Assembly (NCBI GenBank): GCA_049297495.1
Contig: JBAQUL010000014.1
Coordinates: 6,359-70,358 of the forward strand
Direction of reading: 5' to 3'
DNA: 64,000 bases
From: Candidatus Moraniibacteriota bacterium
GTDB lineage: Bacteria; Patescibacteriota; Minisyncoccia; Moranbacterales; UBA2206
The position numbers and the translations under genes are program-made. The notes below the pieces were generated by a model. The model was not told the origin of the DNA and did not search any database. It saw only the letters and a program-made list of their open reading frames with translations. Shown piece by piece: positions 46,007 to 54,049 of the stretch (positions are counted from its first letter, which is position 1; each line of letters begins with the position of its first letter).

Positions 46007-46951
46007 GTGACAACAATCCAAGCCATCCTCGACAAATACAGGCAAAAAATAGACCGCCTTGACCTTGAACTCCTCATCGCTCACGAACTGAAAAAGTCTC
46101 GTGAGTTTATTTTGGCGCATCCAGAAGAGACAGTGGACAAGAAACAGGAATCAGGAATCAATAAATTACTAACCAAAAGACTTGAAAATGAACCACTGGC
46201 TTATATCCTGGGCCAAAAAGAATTTTATGGTTTGGATTTTAGAGTTACCCGTGACACTCTCATCCCCCGCCCAGAAACAGAATTGCTTGTCGAAACTGCA
46301 ATATGTAACCTGCCTACCAGACAGGCAGGCATGGAACATATAACATGTAGCAAGAATGAGGCGATAAAAATTATTGATATCGGAACAGGGTCGGGAAATA
46401 TTATTATTTCAATTGCAAAAACAATCGCGAGTAAAAATTTGTTACATGCCTGCCTGTCCGGTAGGCAGGCTTCGGGTTACATGTTGTATGGTATTGATAT
46501 TTCTCAGAAAGCTCTAAAAATTGCAAAATACAATGCCAAAAAACTCGGATTAGATAAAAAAATAAAATTTATTCACGGAAATCTCCTTGATCCCTTAATT
46601 GGAAGTTGGAAATTAGAAATTGGAAATTCCAGAATGATAATTCTGGCAAACCTCCCCTATCTCTCAAAAGAAATATATTCCGCCACCGCGCCAACTGTCA
46701 AAAACTTCGAACCAAAGTCTGCGCTCTATAGTCCAAAGGCCGGACTAGGCCATTACGAAAAACTTCTAAAGCAAATTCAAGACTTGAAAAGACATTGTTA
46801 CGTGTTACATATTACATGCTTCATGGAGTTCAGTCCTGAACAAAAAAAAGGCTTAACAGGTTTAGTTAAAAAAATCCTACCTTCCGCCAAGATTCAATTC
46901 AAGCAAGATTTGGCCGGAAAGTGGCGAATTTGCATGCTTGAGTTAATTTAA
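46007..46951 (+). CDS. prmC: Release-factor glutamine N5-methyltransferase PrmC/HemK carrying three in-frame insertions of palindromic repeat elements
   Basis: DIGTGSG SAM motif and an NPPY-type catalytic motif (ANLPYL). The extra segments LPTRQAGMEHITC, LHACLSGRQASGYM and IGSWKLEIGNSRMII coincide with repeat copies at 46309-46333, 46446-46470 and 46598-46637. Confidence 0.8.
   Translation: MTTIQAILDKYRQKIDRLDLELLIAHELKKSREFILAHPEETVDKKQESGINKLLTKRLENEPLAYILGQKEFYGLDFRVTRDTLIPRPETELLVETAICNLPTRQAGMEHITCSKNEAIKIIDIGTGSGNIIISIAKTIASKNLLHACLSGRQASGYMLYGIDISQKALKIAKYNAKKLGLDKKIKFIHGNLLDPLIGSWKLEIGNSRMIILANLPYLSKEIYSATAPTVKNFEPKSALYSPKAGLGHYEKLLKQIQDLKRHCYVLHITCFMEFSPEQKKGLTGLVKKILPSAKIQFKQDLAGKWRICMLELI
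46309..46333. repeat. F4-type palindrome cctgcctaccagacaggcaggcatg inside the prmC coding sequence
   Basis: Inverted repeat cctgcct/aggcagg. Paired with 46446-46470 atgcctgcctgtccggtaggcaggc. Confidence 0.55.
46446..46470. repeat. F4-type palindrome inside the prmC coding sequence
   Basis: atgcctgcctgtccggtaggcaggc. Confidence 0.55.
46598..46637. repeat. F3-type GAAATTGGAAATT repeat inside the prmC coding sequence
   Basis: ggaagttggaaattagaaattggaaattccagaatg, containing the ggaaattggaaattcc palindrome. Confidence 0.55.
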
Positions 46952-46981
46952 AGAAACACTTACGCATTTTAATTAAAAATA

Positions 46982-47107
46982 TGTCATCCTGAGCGAAGTC
47001 CTGCACTCAGTCTGCTCGAGGTAATCCTAAGTTTTACCACAAAGAATTAAGCTAGCGATAACGGTGAGCAGATTCTTCGACTTCGCTCCGCTACGCTCAG
47101 AATGACA
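46982..47107. repeat. MITE-like element family F1, copy 4 (internal deletion relative to copy 3)
   Basis: tgtcatcctgagcgaagtcctgcactcagtctgctcgaggtaatcctaag...cgctacgctcagaatgaca. Confidence 0.7.
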
Positions 47108-47151
47108 ACAAGGGATTATTTTTTACACAAACAAAGGGTTGCCTCTATAAA

Positions 47152-47184
47152 ACAAAAAACCGCATGTTAGCGGTTTTTTGTTTT
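47152..47184. terminator. Bidirectional rho-independent terminator (aaccgc-atgtta-gcggtt flanked by A- and T-runs)
   Basis: aaaacaaaaaaccgcatgttagcggttttttgtttt, downstream of prmC (+) and of the small basic ORF (-). Confidence 0.55.
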
Positions 47185-47278
47185 ATATTCAACGTTGATA
47201 TAAATTCTATGTCAGGCTACTTAGCCCAAGACATAGAACGCTTCCCGATAAACCAGGAAGCACTGCTATGTAAAAAGA

Positions 47279-47371
47279 CTATTTTTTCTTCTTCTTTGTA
47301 GCTTTCTTTTTAGCGACTTTTTTTACAGTCTTTTTTACAGCTTTTTTAGCTGCTTTTTTCTTTGCTGCCAT
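47279..47371 (-). CDS. 30-aa Lys/Ala-rich highly basic peptide (MAAKKKAAKKAVKKTVKKVAKKKATKKKKK); candidate small nucleic-acid-binding protein
   Basis: Own minus-strand translation: ATG at 47369-47371, TAG at 47279-47281. An upstream aggatggtg purine tract may serve as a ribosome-binding site. Below the ORF-track size cutoff. Confidence 0.35.
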   Translation of the reverse strand: MAAKKKAAKKAVKKTVKKVAKKKATKKKKK

Positions 47372-47554
47372 TTTAATTCACCATCCTTTCTATTTTTATT
47401 TTTTTCCAAAGTTTCGTTTAAGAAACTTCTCTGAAATATTTTTAATAATTTTGTTTCGACCTTTTATTTTACAAAAATTATTTTTAAATTTTTTAGAAAT
47501 AATTTTTGTATTTAAATTATACAACATATATATTTTTATGCAATAGCAAAAAGT

Positions 47555-47760
47555 TATCCACAGTTATTTTTTCAAATAAAATAATATAAAACAAAATATT
47601 TCAATCCAATAGTGAAATTTTTTCAAATAAATAAAATATTTTTGATAATTATTTCAAATAATAATCGCGAGATATTTTATTTATATAATTATTATTCACA
47701 AAATAAAAAAATATTTATCGGCCCCCTGCTCAGCAAAAAATACTAAAACGCTGATCCACA
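47555..47760 (+). promoter_or_regulatory. Cluster of three co-oriented DnaA-box-like 9-mers in a 580-bp AT-rich ORF-free region (candidate oriC-like or DnaA-regulated region)
   Basis: TTATCCACA at 47555-47563, TTATTCACA at 47692-47700 and TGATCCACA at 47752-47760. The surrounding sequence is >80% A+T with no ORFs from 47380 to 47960. Confidence 0.35.
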
Positions 47761-47961
47761 TTTCATTTGCCAAATTACCCCCAAATATACTACAAACTAA
47801 ATTCAACATCTTGTCTAGTTGACGCGCATCTCAGCTTTGCTAAAATTTAATATTAGAAACCCGATTGCTAAAGAGCGATCACAGCTTCAACGCAAGCACA
47901 TTAAAAATTTAAACCCCAAAAGTCCTAACTAATCAGGATATAGGGCAAACTAGAAAGGAAG

Positions 47962-48606
47962 GTGAAAATTATGGAATTTAATCAAGAATCAAGCGATGAG
48001 CAAAATTCAAGCGAAGACATGTTAGATGAGGAAAACAATCAGTCGACAACCCAACAGTGGTTTCAAGACAATCTAAGAATAATCGTGAGCATTTTCATCG
48101 TTGTTATCATTGCTGCTGGTATCTATTCCTATTCCAACCGTTCACAAAATGTCGCTCAAGAGGAACAAACTGAGCAAAGTGATATTTTGAAGGATTTAAC
48201 GAAAAATGACGGGAAGACCGATACTGAAACCTCTAGCGATACTAAGACAGCAGACAAAGCTGAAAATAAAGCCGACAAAACCTCTTCAGTAACAACCAGC
48301 CAAGAAACTGACCAATCATTTATTGAAACAGCTGGCAAAGGAGATGGCACCACTAAGCTAGCGCGTAAAGCTCTAGCGGACTATTTGGAGAAAAATTCAG
48401 ATTCCTCTCTCACCCCAGAACACAAAATCTACATCGAGGATTATCTCAGAAAGAATGTAGGTCATAAGGGAGGAGTGAAGATTGGAACATCAGTAGAATT
48501 TTCCAAAAGCCTAATCGGAGACGCAATTGCCAAGTCTAAAAATCTCAGCGACGGACAACTCAAGAATTTACACAAATATGCGGTAAGAGTACCGTCTCTA
48601 TCATAA
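47962..48606 (+). CDS. Hypothetical membrane-anchored protein with a low-complexity acidic/Thr-rich linker
   Basis: 214 aa. One TM (IIVSIFIVVIIAAGIYSY), a T/S/D/K-rich region, and a conserved-looking C-terminal ~90 aa. Confidence 0.45.
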   Translation: MKIMEFNQESSDEQNSSEDMLDEENNQSTTQQWFQDNLRIIVSIFIVVIIAAGIYSYSNRSQNVAQEEQTEQSDILKDLTKNDGKTDTETSSDTKTADKAENKADKTSSVTTSQETDQSFIETAGKGDGTTKLARKALADYLEKNSDSSLTPEHKIYIEDYLRKNVGHKGGVKIGTSVEFSKSLIGDAIAKSKNLSDGQLKNLHKYAVRVPSLS

Positions 48607-48672
48607 ATTTCAGTAAGCACGATCTTGTAAAATAAAATTCTACTGTTCTTTCTTACAAGCCAAGTATATCAC

Positions 48673-48712
48673 TACTTTCCTTAAAAAACACAAAACCCCG
48701 TTTACGGGGTTT
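48673..48712. terminator. Strong bidirectional rho-independent terminator between convergent genes
   Basis: aaaaaacacaaaaccccgtttacggggttttgtgtttttt has a perfect 14-bp stem, a tttA loop, and A/T runs on both sides. Confidence 0.7.
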
Positions 48713-48735
48713 TGTGTTTTTTAAGTGAAAGAATA

Positions 48736-49770
48736 TCACATCGACTCGCTCTTTCTAATTTTGGACAATTTTTTATTTATAATAAAAGAAGCGATGAGCA
48801 TAATTGAGACAGAAATCAATAGCGTAATGCTTTTGCCAATAATTCTTGTATTAAGTGCAATAAGAGCAACTATTGCTGTCATGACGTAATAACAAATTGC
48901 AATTTTTTTCTGCGACCAACCGATATCTAAAAGCTTATGATGCAAATGATTGTTATCTGGCTTAAAAATTGGCTGCTTACGCCTTATTCTTTCCCCAATA
49001 ACCCAAATAAAATCAATAATCGGTATCACGAGCACTAAAATTGCCGTTGCAATTTTAGTGCCAGAAAAAATCGCCAGAATTGAAAGCGATAAACCCATAA
49101 ACATCGCGCCAGAAGTTCCAGCTAACACTCGAGCCGGATTAAAGTTGAAAATCAAAAAACCTAAGATTGCTCCAAATATCACACAGGAAATAATCGCCAC
49201 TGGCGGTTGATTGACTTCCGGTTTAAAACTGAGAAGGAAAATCGTTCCGATAGAAATTAAGCTAATCCCACCAGACAAACCATCAACCCCATCGATCCAA
49301 TTCACTGCATTCATCACAAAAACAATCCAAAACACAACCAGGGCCAACGAGATGAGAACTGTGCCTCCTGAATCTAAGTTAATAATCCCACCAGTCAACG
49401 GATTTGTTATATAGTAAATCCTCACACCAAGAATAAAAATAAGAAAGGCAGTAGACATTTGGAAAAAAAGTTGCGTTTTCCAAAACATTTCTCTTATGTC
49501 ATCTCGAATTCCCACCAACATCAAAATAACGGAGGCTAACATGAAGCCCAAAAGCTCAGGCGTCATGACAAGATTGGCGTCAAGGATAACGGTTAAATTA
49601 AAAGCTAATACCATTGCGACTCCCCCAATCCGATAAACACCCTTTTTATGAATATGCCTACCAAGACTTCGCCCACTCCAATGAATTTTTTTTGCCACCG
49701 GTAAAATAATACTGACGATAAGCACGGTGAAAAAAAAGGCTTCTATGAATGGAGTAAGGTATTTTAGCAT
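48736..49770 (-). CDS. Polyprenyl-phosphate N-acetylhexosamine-1-phosphate transferase (WecA/TagO-like, MraY/WecA family)
   Basis: NAVNWIDGVDGL motif and 10-11 TM helices. It lacks the MraY-specific HHH motif found in 23273..24379. Confidence 0.7.
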   Translation of the reverse strand: MLKYLTPFIEAFFFTVLIVSIILPVAKKIHWSGRSLGRHIHKKGVYRIGGVAMVLAFNLTVILDANLVMTPELLGFMLASVILMLVGIRDDIREMFWKTQLFFQMSTAFLIFILGVRIYYITNPLTGGIINLDSGGTVLISLALVVFWIVFVMNAVNWIDGVDGLSGGISLISIGTIFLLSFKPEVNQPPVAIISCVIFGAILGFLIFNFNPARVLAGTSGAMFMGLSLSILAIFSGTKIATAILVLVIPIIDFIWVIGERIRRKQPIFKPDNNHLHHKLLDIGWSQKKIAICYYVMTAIVALIALNTRIIGKSITLLISVSIMLIASFIINKKLSKIRKSESM

Positions 49771-49808
49771 AAGCGGTAATCTTATTAGGAATAGTCAAGC
49801 GATCTTTC

Positions 49809-51545
49809 TTATTTCTGTTTTTCGACACTTTTTTTCGGAGTTACCCAAAACTCACCAAAATATTTACCCAGCATAATTCTTGTTTGAGAATCAATGGCTG
49901 GGAGCGAACCAAGCAATGGAGCAATAATCGGCACAAGTACCCATTGCAAAAGCATATACACATTTCGCCAGCGAGAATATTTCGCAGGACGCGGAGGAAG
50001 AAGGAGAAAGCTTAGCGACATTGAAACAGCCAAGCCAATCATAGCGAGCGTCATCAGATAGCGCGTATAGATCGGTAAATTCTTTGCTATAACTTGCTGA
50101 TTAAATTCATCTCCACCCAAAATCAAGGGCAACCAACCCAAGATCGCTAAAATTAGCGATGAGGTCGCCCAAGAATGATGCCCCTCTAGCATTTCAAACG
50201 CCGTTCTGAATTTCTGTCTAAAGCCAATTTTCCTATTCGGCCCGATTGCTCGCATAATCACAGGAAAGTTTTCAATTCCATAGGCCCAGCGTCTTTTCTG
50301 CTTATATTGATTCACAATCGTTTTCCAATAAGTATCAGCAAGAACCGCATCCAGTGAAATCGGTAAATAAATCGGCTTGACACGATAATCTCCATTATAA
50401 TAGGTAAAGCACTTCCAATAAATAATCGAGTCCTCACTGATCATATTTACCGGCCAAAAATCAACATTATAGAGCGTATCAAAAGGTTCACTGTGAGAAG
50501 AAAAAGTTACCATACCATCCAATCTCGTACTTTGAAAGATGTGCCAAAAACTAGAACCAGTCACGATCACGCGCACGAAAGCGTTGGTATCCCAAAGATT
50601 GTTGTGATACATCGGAAGAGGCTGATAACTCCGTTGCAGTCTTTTTGGGTCAATGATGTAATGATAAGTCAAAGCAGCAAAATATTCCTTATGCGCCACA
50701 CTATCACAGTCAAAATTGGAAAAAATCACCCTGCGAAAGTCAATATTCTGCGCTCTCAAGTATTTAACCAACTCCCGCGCGGCAAAAGTGGCGTTCGCTC
50801 CCTTCGCCTTCATTTCATCATCGCGAACTCGATGTGTCGTCACAATAAACTCACGAAATACCCCTGCAAACTTATTTTTGAGATAATCCACTTTCTGCGT
50901 TCTATGCGCTTCATCCTCCCGCTCTTCTGTAGCCAAGAGAATAATGATTTGCTCATTAGGAAAATTCGCTTCTTTAATCGCAGCGATTGAAGGCTCAATC
51001 ACTCCAGCTGGCTCACCAGCCGTAGGGAGCATGATTACATGGATGATTTCCCTCCAATCCAAAACATCACTCGAAATCTTCTCTACTTCCTGTACCTCTT
51101 GTAAATATTTTTTTTGCCGCTTCAATTCCCCTTTCAAAACCCGCACCTCTCTCCTCGCCATACCATTTCGATCATGTAGACTCTCTTCCATTTTCAAAAT
51201 TCGCGCACTAATCAGTTCTATGTATTTCTTAGGATTGCTAATATTTTGACAGCGCTCCCACCAATCAATTGTTTTGCCATCATTTAGCTTTTTATACCCA
51301 TCGATCGAATAGTAAGCAATAAAAATTGTGCGCAAAATCCAATAAATATCAAAAGTAATGATAAAATAAGCCACCCAGTCAGGTAGAAAAAAAGAAAAGG
51401 CAAACATGCCAATAATCGTAAACCAGGTCAAAATACCAGGAATTACCTCCAATGTGCGCTGTATTCTCCGCTCTTTTGGGTTTTTAGTCTTTGGATCAGG
51501 AAATGCGAACATAATTGATGTATTAATAGTTAATAATGATGACAC
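49809..51545 (-). CDS. Processive family-2 glycosyltransferase (cellulose/chitin/hyaluronan-synthase-like) membrane protein
   Basis: Cytoplasmic GT-A domain with D,D,D residues and the QxxRW-type motif YKQKRRWAYG, plus N- and C-terminal TM helices. Confidence 0.65.
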   Translation of the reverse strand: MSSLLTINTSIMFAFPDPKTKNPKERRIQRTLEVIPGILTWFTIIGMFAFSFFLPDWVAYFIITFDIYWILRTIFIAYYSIDGYKKLNDGKTIDWWERCQNISNPKKYIELISARILKMEESLHDRNGMARREVRVLKGELKRQKKYLQEVQEVEKISSDVLDWREIIHVIMLPTAGEPAGVIEPSIAAIKEANFPNEQIIILLATEEREDEAHRTQKVDYLKNKFAGVFREFIVTTHRVRDDEMKAKGANATFAARELVKYLRAQNIDFRRVIFSNFDCDSVAHKEYFAALTYHYIIDPKRLQRSYQPLPMYHNNLWDTNAFVRVIVTGSSFWHIFQSTRLDGMVTFSSHSEPFDTLYNVDFWPVNMISEDSIIYWKCFTYYNGDYRVKPIYLPISLDAVLADTYWKTIVNQYKQKRRWAYGIENFPVIMRAIGPNRKIGFRQKFRTAFEMLEGHHSWATSSLILAILGWLPLILGGDEFNQQVIAKNLPIYTRYLMTLAMIGLAVSMSLSFLLLPPRPAKYSRWRNVYMLLQWVLVPIIAPLLGSLPAIDSQTRIMLGKYFGEFWVTPKKSVEKQK

Positions 51546-51933
51546 TAATAGCAGAAATAAGCAAGCTCAATTGCACCATTAGCGCAGTTAACAGCACCAC
51601 GTAGCTGGCCACACGCTCCTTTTGAACATAGAAAAAGAAGGAAAGCATTACATTGAAAAATAGGATAATGGTGCCGATAAATGGCAAGATATAGGCGCTT
51701 CGCGCCGCTCCCATGGAATCGACGCCAAAATACACATTATAATGCAAAATCACATAACTTTCAGCTGGGGGTAGCAAAATTTTCAATACAGACCAATTGA
51801 CGATATCAAACAAGACGCCAAAGAAGAGTAGCCAGACAATAATTCGACTTTTGAAATACTCCCGACCAAAAAAAAGCTTGATTTTTTCATTCAAGCTTTT
51901 TGCAAAAAAAATTTTATCCGTATTTTCAACCAT
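51523..51933 (-). CDS. Hypothetical small membrane protein
   Basis: 136 aa with four hydrophobic helices. Overlaps the GT2 gene start, so the true start is uncertain. Confidence 0.3.
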   Translation of the reverse strand: MVENTDKIFFAKSLNEKIKLFFGREYFKSRIIVWLLFFGVLFDIVNWSVLKILLPPAESYVILHYNVYFGVDSMGAARSAYILPFIGTIILFFNVMLSFFFYVQKERVASYVVLLTALMVQLSLLISAISVIIINY

Positions 51934-51938
51934 TTTTA

Positions 51939-52541
51939 TTATAGTTTTCTTTTTGCAATAAACTGCTTCAAGCCGATGATCTTATTGATTACTTCTTCAT
52001 TGGGACCTTCAAGAAATTCCAGAACAAACTTATCCAGCATATTCAAGCGATATTTAAATTCGTCCATTGTCATAAGGACAAAGCTGATCTCTTTGCCAAT
52101 TTCCGCTTCCAGACTACTCATCAAATTTTTCAATTTCGCCTTACCAATATCATCTCCCACAATAATCATATCCGCTTTGCTTTTGTGATAATTAATAAAA
52201 ACGCCACTGATTACCGCCAACTTCACATTACCGATATTGCCAATTTTCTCGAGACTTTTGCATTGCGGAGAAGTGTTTGACTTGGCAATTAAATTTTTCA
52301 ATTCTGGATAGAAATCAAAATCTTGGTTGAGACGGTAATAATACTTGCCCTTTTGAGTGTTTTTGATAATAAACTTTACCCGCACAAGCATTTCAATTTC
52401 TCTTCTAATTTTCGCTCCTTTGAGCATGTTTCTCCTGGCAATTTCCGCTGATTCAAAATGACTTTCCGGGTTTTGTAAAAAAAATCGAAGTAAACGAGCA
52501 CGTTCCTTGGAACCAAAAAGGCTTTCTAAAATTTCAGACAT
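51939..52541 (-). CDS. Hypothetical protein (possible N-terminal winged-helix)
   Basis: 200 aa. No confident domain call. Confidence 0.35.
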   Translation of the reverse strand: MSEILESLFGSKERARLLRFFLQNPESHFESAEIARRNMLKGAKIRREIEMLVRVKFIIKNTQKGKYYYRLNQDFDFYPELKNLIAKSNTSPQCKSLEKIGNIGNVKLAVISGVFINYHKSKADMIIVGDDIGKAKLKNLMSSLEAEIGKEISFVLMTMDEFKYRLNMLDKFVLEFLEGPNEEVINKIIGLKQFIAKRKL

Positions 52542-52660
52542 CTGGGTGTTGTTAATTAAAGATTAATTTGATAGCTACTATTAAGTATAGCTTTTGGAAA
52601 TAAAAAAGCAACTACCCTGATAAACAGCCTTCTCTAAGCACAAAGTGTTTTTTTAAAGAT

Positions 52661-54049
52661 TTACATTTCTTGCCACGGTCTATCTTTCCACTCCGGATTT
52701 TGACGGCAAAGCAATTCTTCGGCGCGATTCGGCTCAGCCATAACTTCTTCCACTACTTTTTCCATACGCATTCCCTGTGAACCCTTGACCAAAACCACGT
52801 CGCCTGAGCGCAATATTTCTTGCAATTTTTTCCCCGCCTCCATTGGACTCCTAAATTCGTAAATTTCTCCAGCAAACTTGTGCTTTCGCAACTCATCAGT
52901 GGCAAATTTCATCCTCACGCCAACTGCCAAAAATACATCACCACCGACTTCCAGAAACTTTTTTGCAACTTGGCGATGTTCTACTTCCGTATTCGGACCA
53001 ATCTCCAGGATATCCCCCAGCACCGCAATCTTTCTACCATTTCTAAATTCTCGCAACACCTCCAAAACACCTTCGACAGATGTAATGGAAGAAGAATTAT
53101 AGGTATCATCAATGATATTGGTGTTTTTTATTCCTCGGATCAAATTGGTCCTACCAGAAGGCAAGATAAATTTTTCCAAACTCGCAGCAATATCCACCAA
53201 GTTGACTCCCAATTCGATACCAACCGAAACACCCGCAAGCGCCGCATATATGCTGTGACGAGCGAGAACGTTGTTCAGTCGCAATGGCATTGTCGTACCC
53301 TTATAGTTCAACTTAAAACTCAACCCATTGACCTCTTTTCCGGACAAATCATTTTCATCTCCGTGATAATTCATAAATACATCCATCGCGCGTGCGTCAG
53401 CATCCTCTTCAAATCCAAAAGAAAATATTCGACCAGTCACTCCAAATTGGCGCGGATTTTCTTTAATTTTCAAAAGATACTTGTTGTCCGCGTTGATAAC
53501 CAGCAAACCTTTTTCCGATAGGACTCGTGCCAATAGCATCTTTTCCTTAAAGATAGCGTCAGTATTTTTGAAAAATTCCAAATGGCTGGAGGCTATTTCT
53601 GTGATAACGGAAATATCAGGCCGAGCCAAGTCGGTAAGATATTTCAGATCGCCCGGCTTGTCCGCTCCCATTTCCAAGATTATTATCTCTGGAAATTTTA
53701 AGGGAAAAATGAAATACAAAAACCAACGCAGAAAAACACCAATCCATTTCAGGAGAGACTTGCCACCACTTTCCGCACCGATAATCGTCAGAGGAACGCC
53801 AATTTCGTTATTGTAGTTTTTCTCACTTTTGCGAACAGAATAGCGACCAGAGATTACAGCAAAAATCGCTTCTTTTGCCGAAGTTTTCCCAACCGAACCA
53901 GTCACCGCGATTATTCGTGGCGTATATTTATTCAAAAGAGTTTTCGCCATGAAAAACAAAAATCTCTCCATTTTTGTTGCTCGTCGCTCTGAAACTTCGT
54001 TCGGTTTATTTTTTCTTTGTTTTTCTTCCATCTTTTTTATCAACTTCAA
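52661..54049 (-). CDS. murF: UDP-N-acetylmuramoyl-tripeptide--D-alanyl-D-alanine ligase
   Basis: Mur ligase P-loop AVTGSVGKTSAKEA and its position in the dcw cluster after ftsI. Confidence 0.8.
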   Translation of the reverse strand: MKLIKKMEEKQRKNKPNEVSERRATKMERFLFFMAKTLLNKYTPRIIAVTGSVGKTSAKEAIFAVISGRYSVRKSEKNYNNEIGVPLTIIGAESGGKSLLKWIGVFLRWFLYFIFPLKFPEIIILEMGADKPGDLKYLTDLARPDISVITEIASSHLEFFKNTDAIFKEKMLLARVLSEKGLLVINADNKYLLKIKENPRQFGVTGRIFSFGFEEDADARAMDVFMNYHGDENDLSGKEVNGLSFKLNYKGTTMPLRLNNVLARHSIYAALAGVSVGIELGVNLVDIAASLEKFILPSGRTNLIRGIKNTNIIDDTYNSSSITSVEGVLEVLREFRNGRKIAVLGDILEIGPNTEVEHRQVAKKFLEVGGDVFLAVGVRMKFATDELRKHKFAGEIYEFRSPMEAGKKLQEILRSGDVVLVKGSQGMRMEKVVEEVMAEPNRAEELLCRQNPEWKDRPWQEM

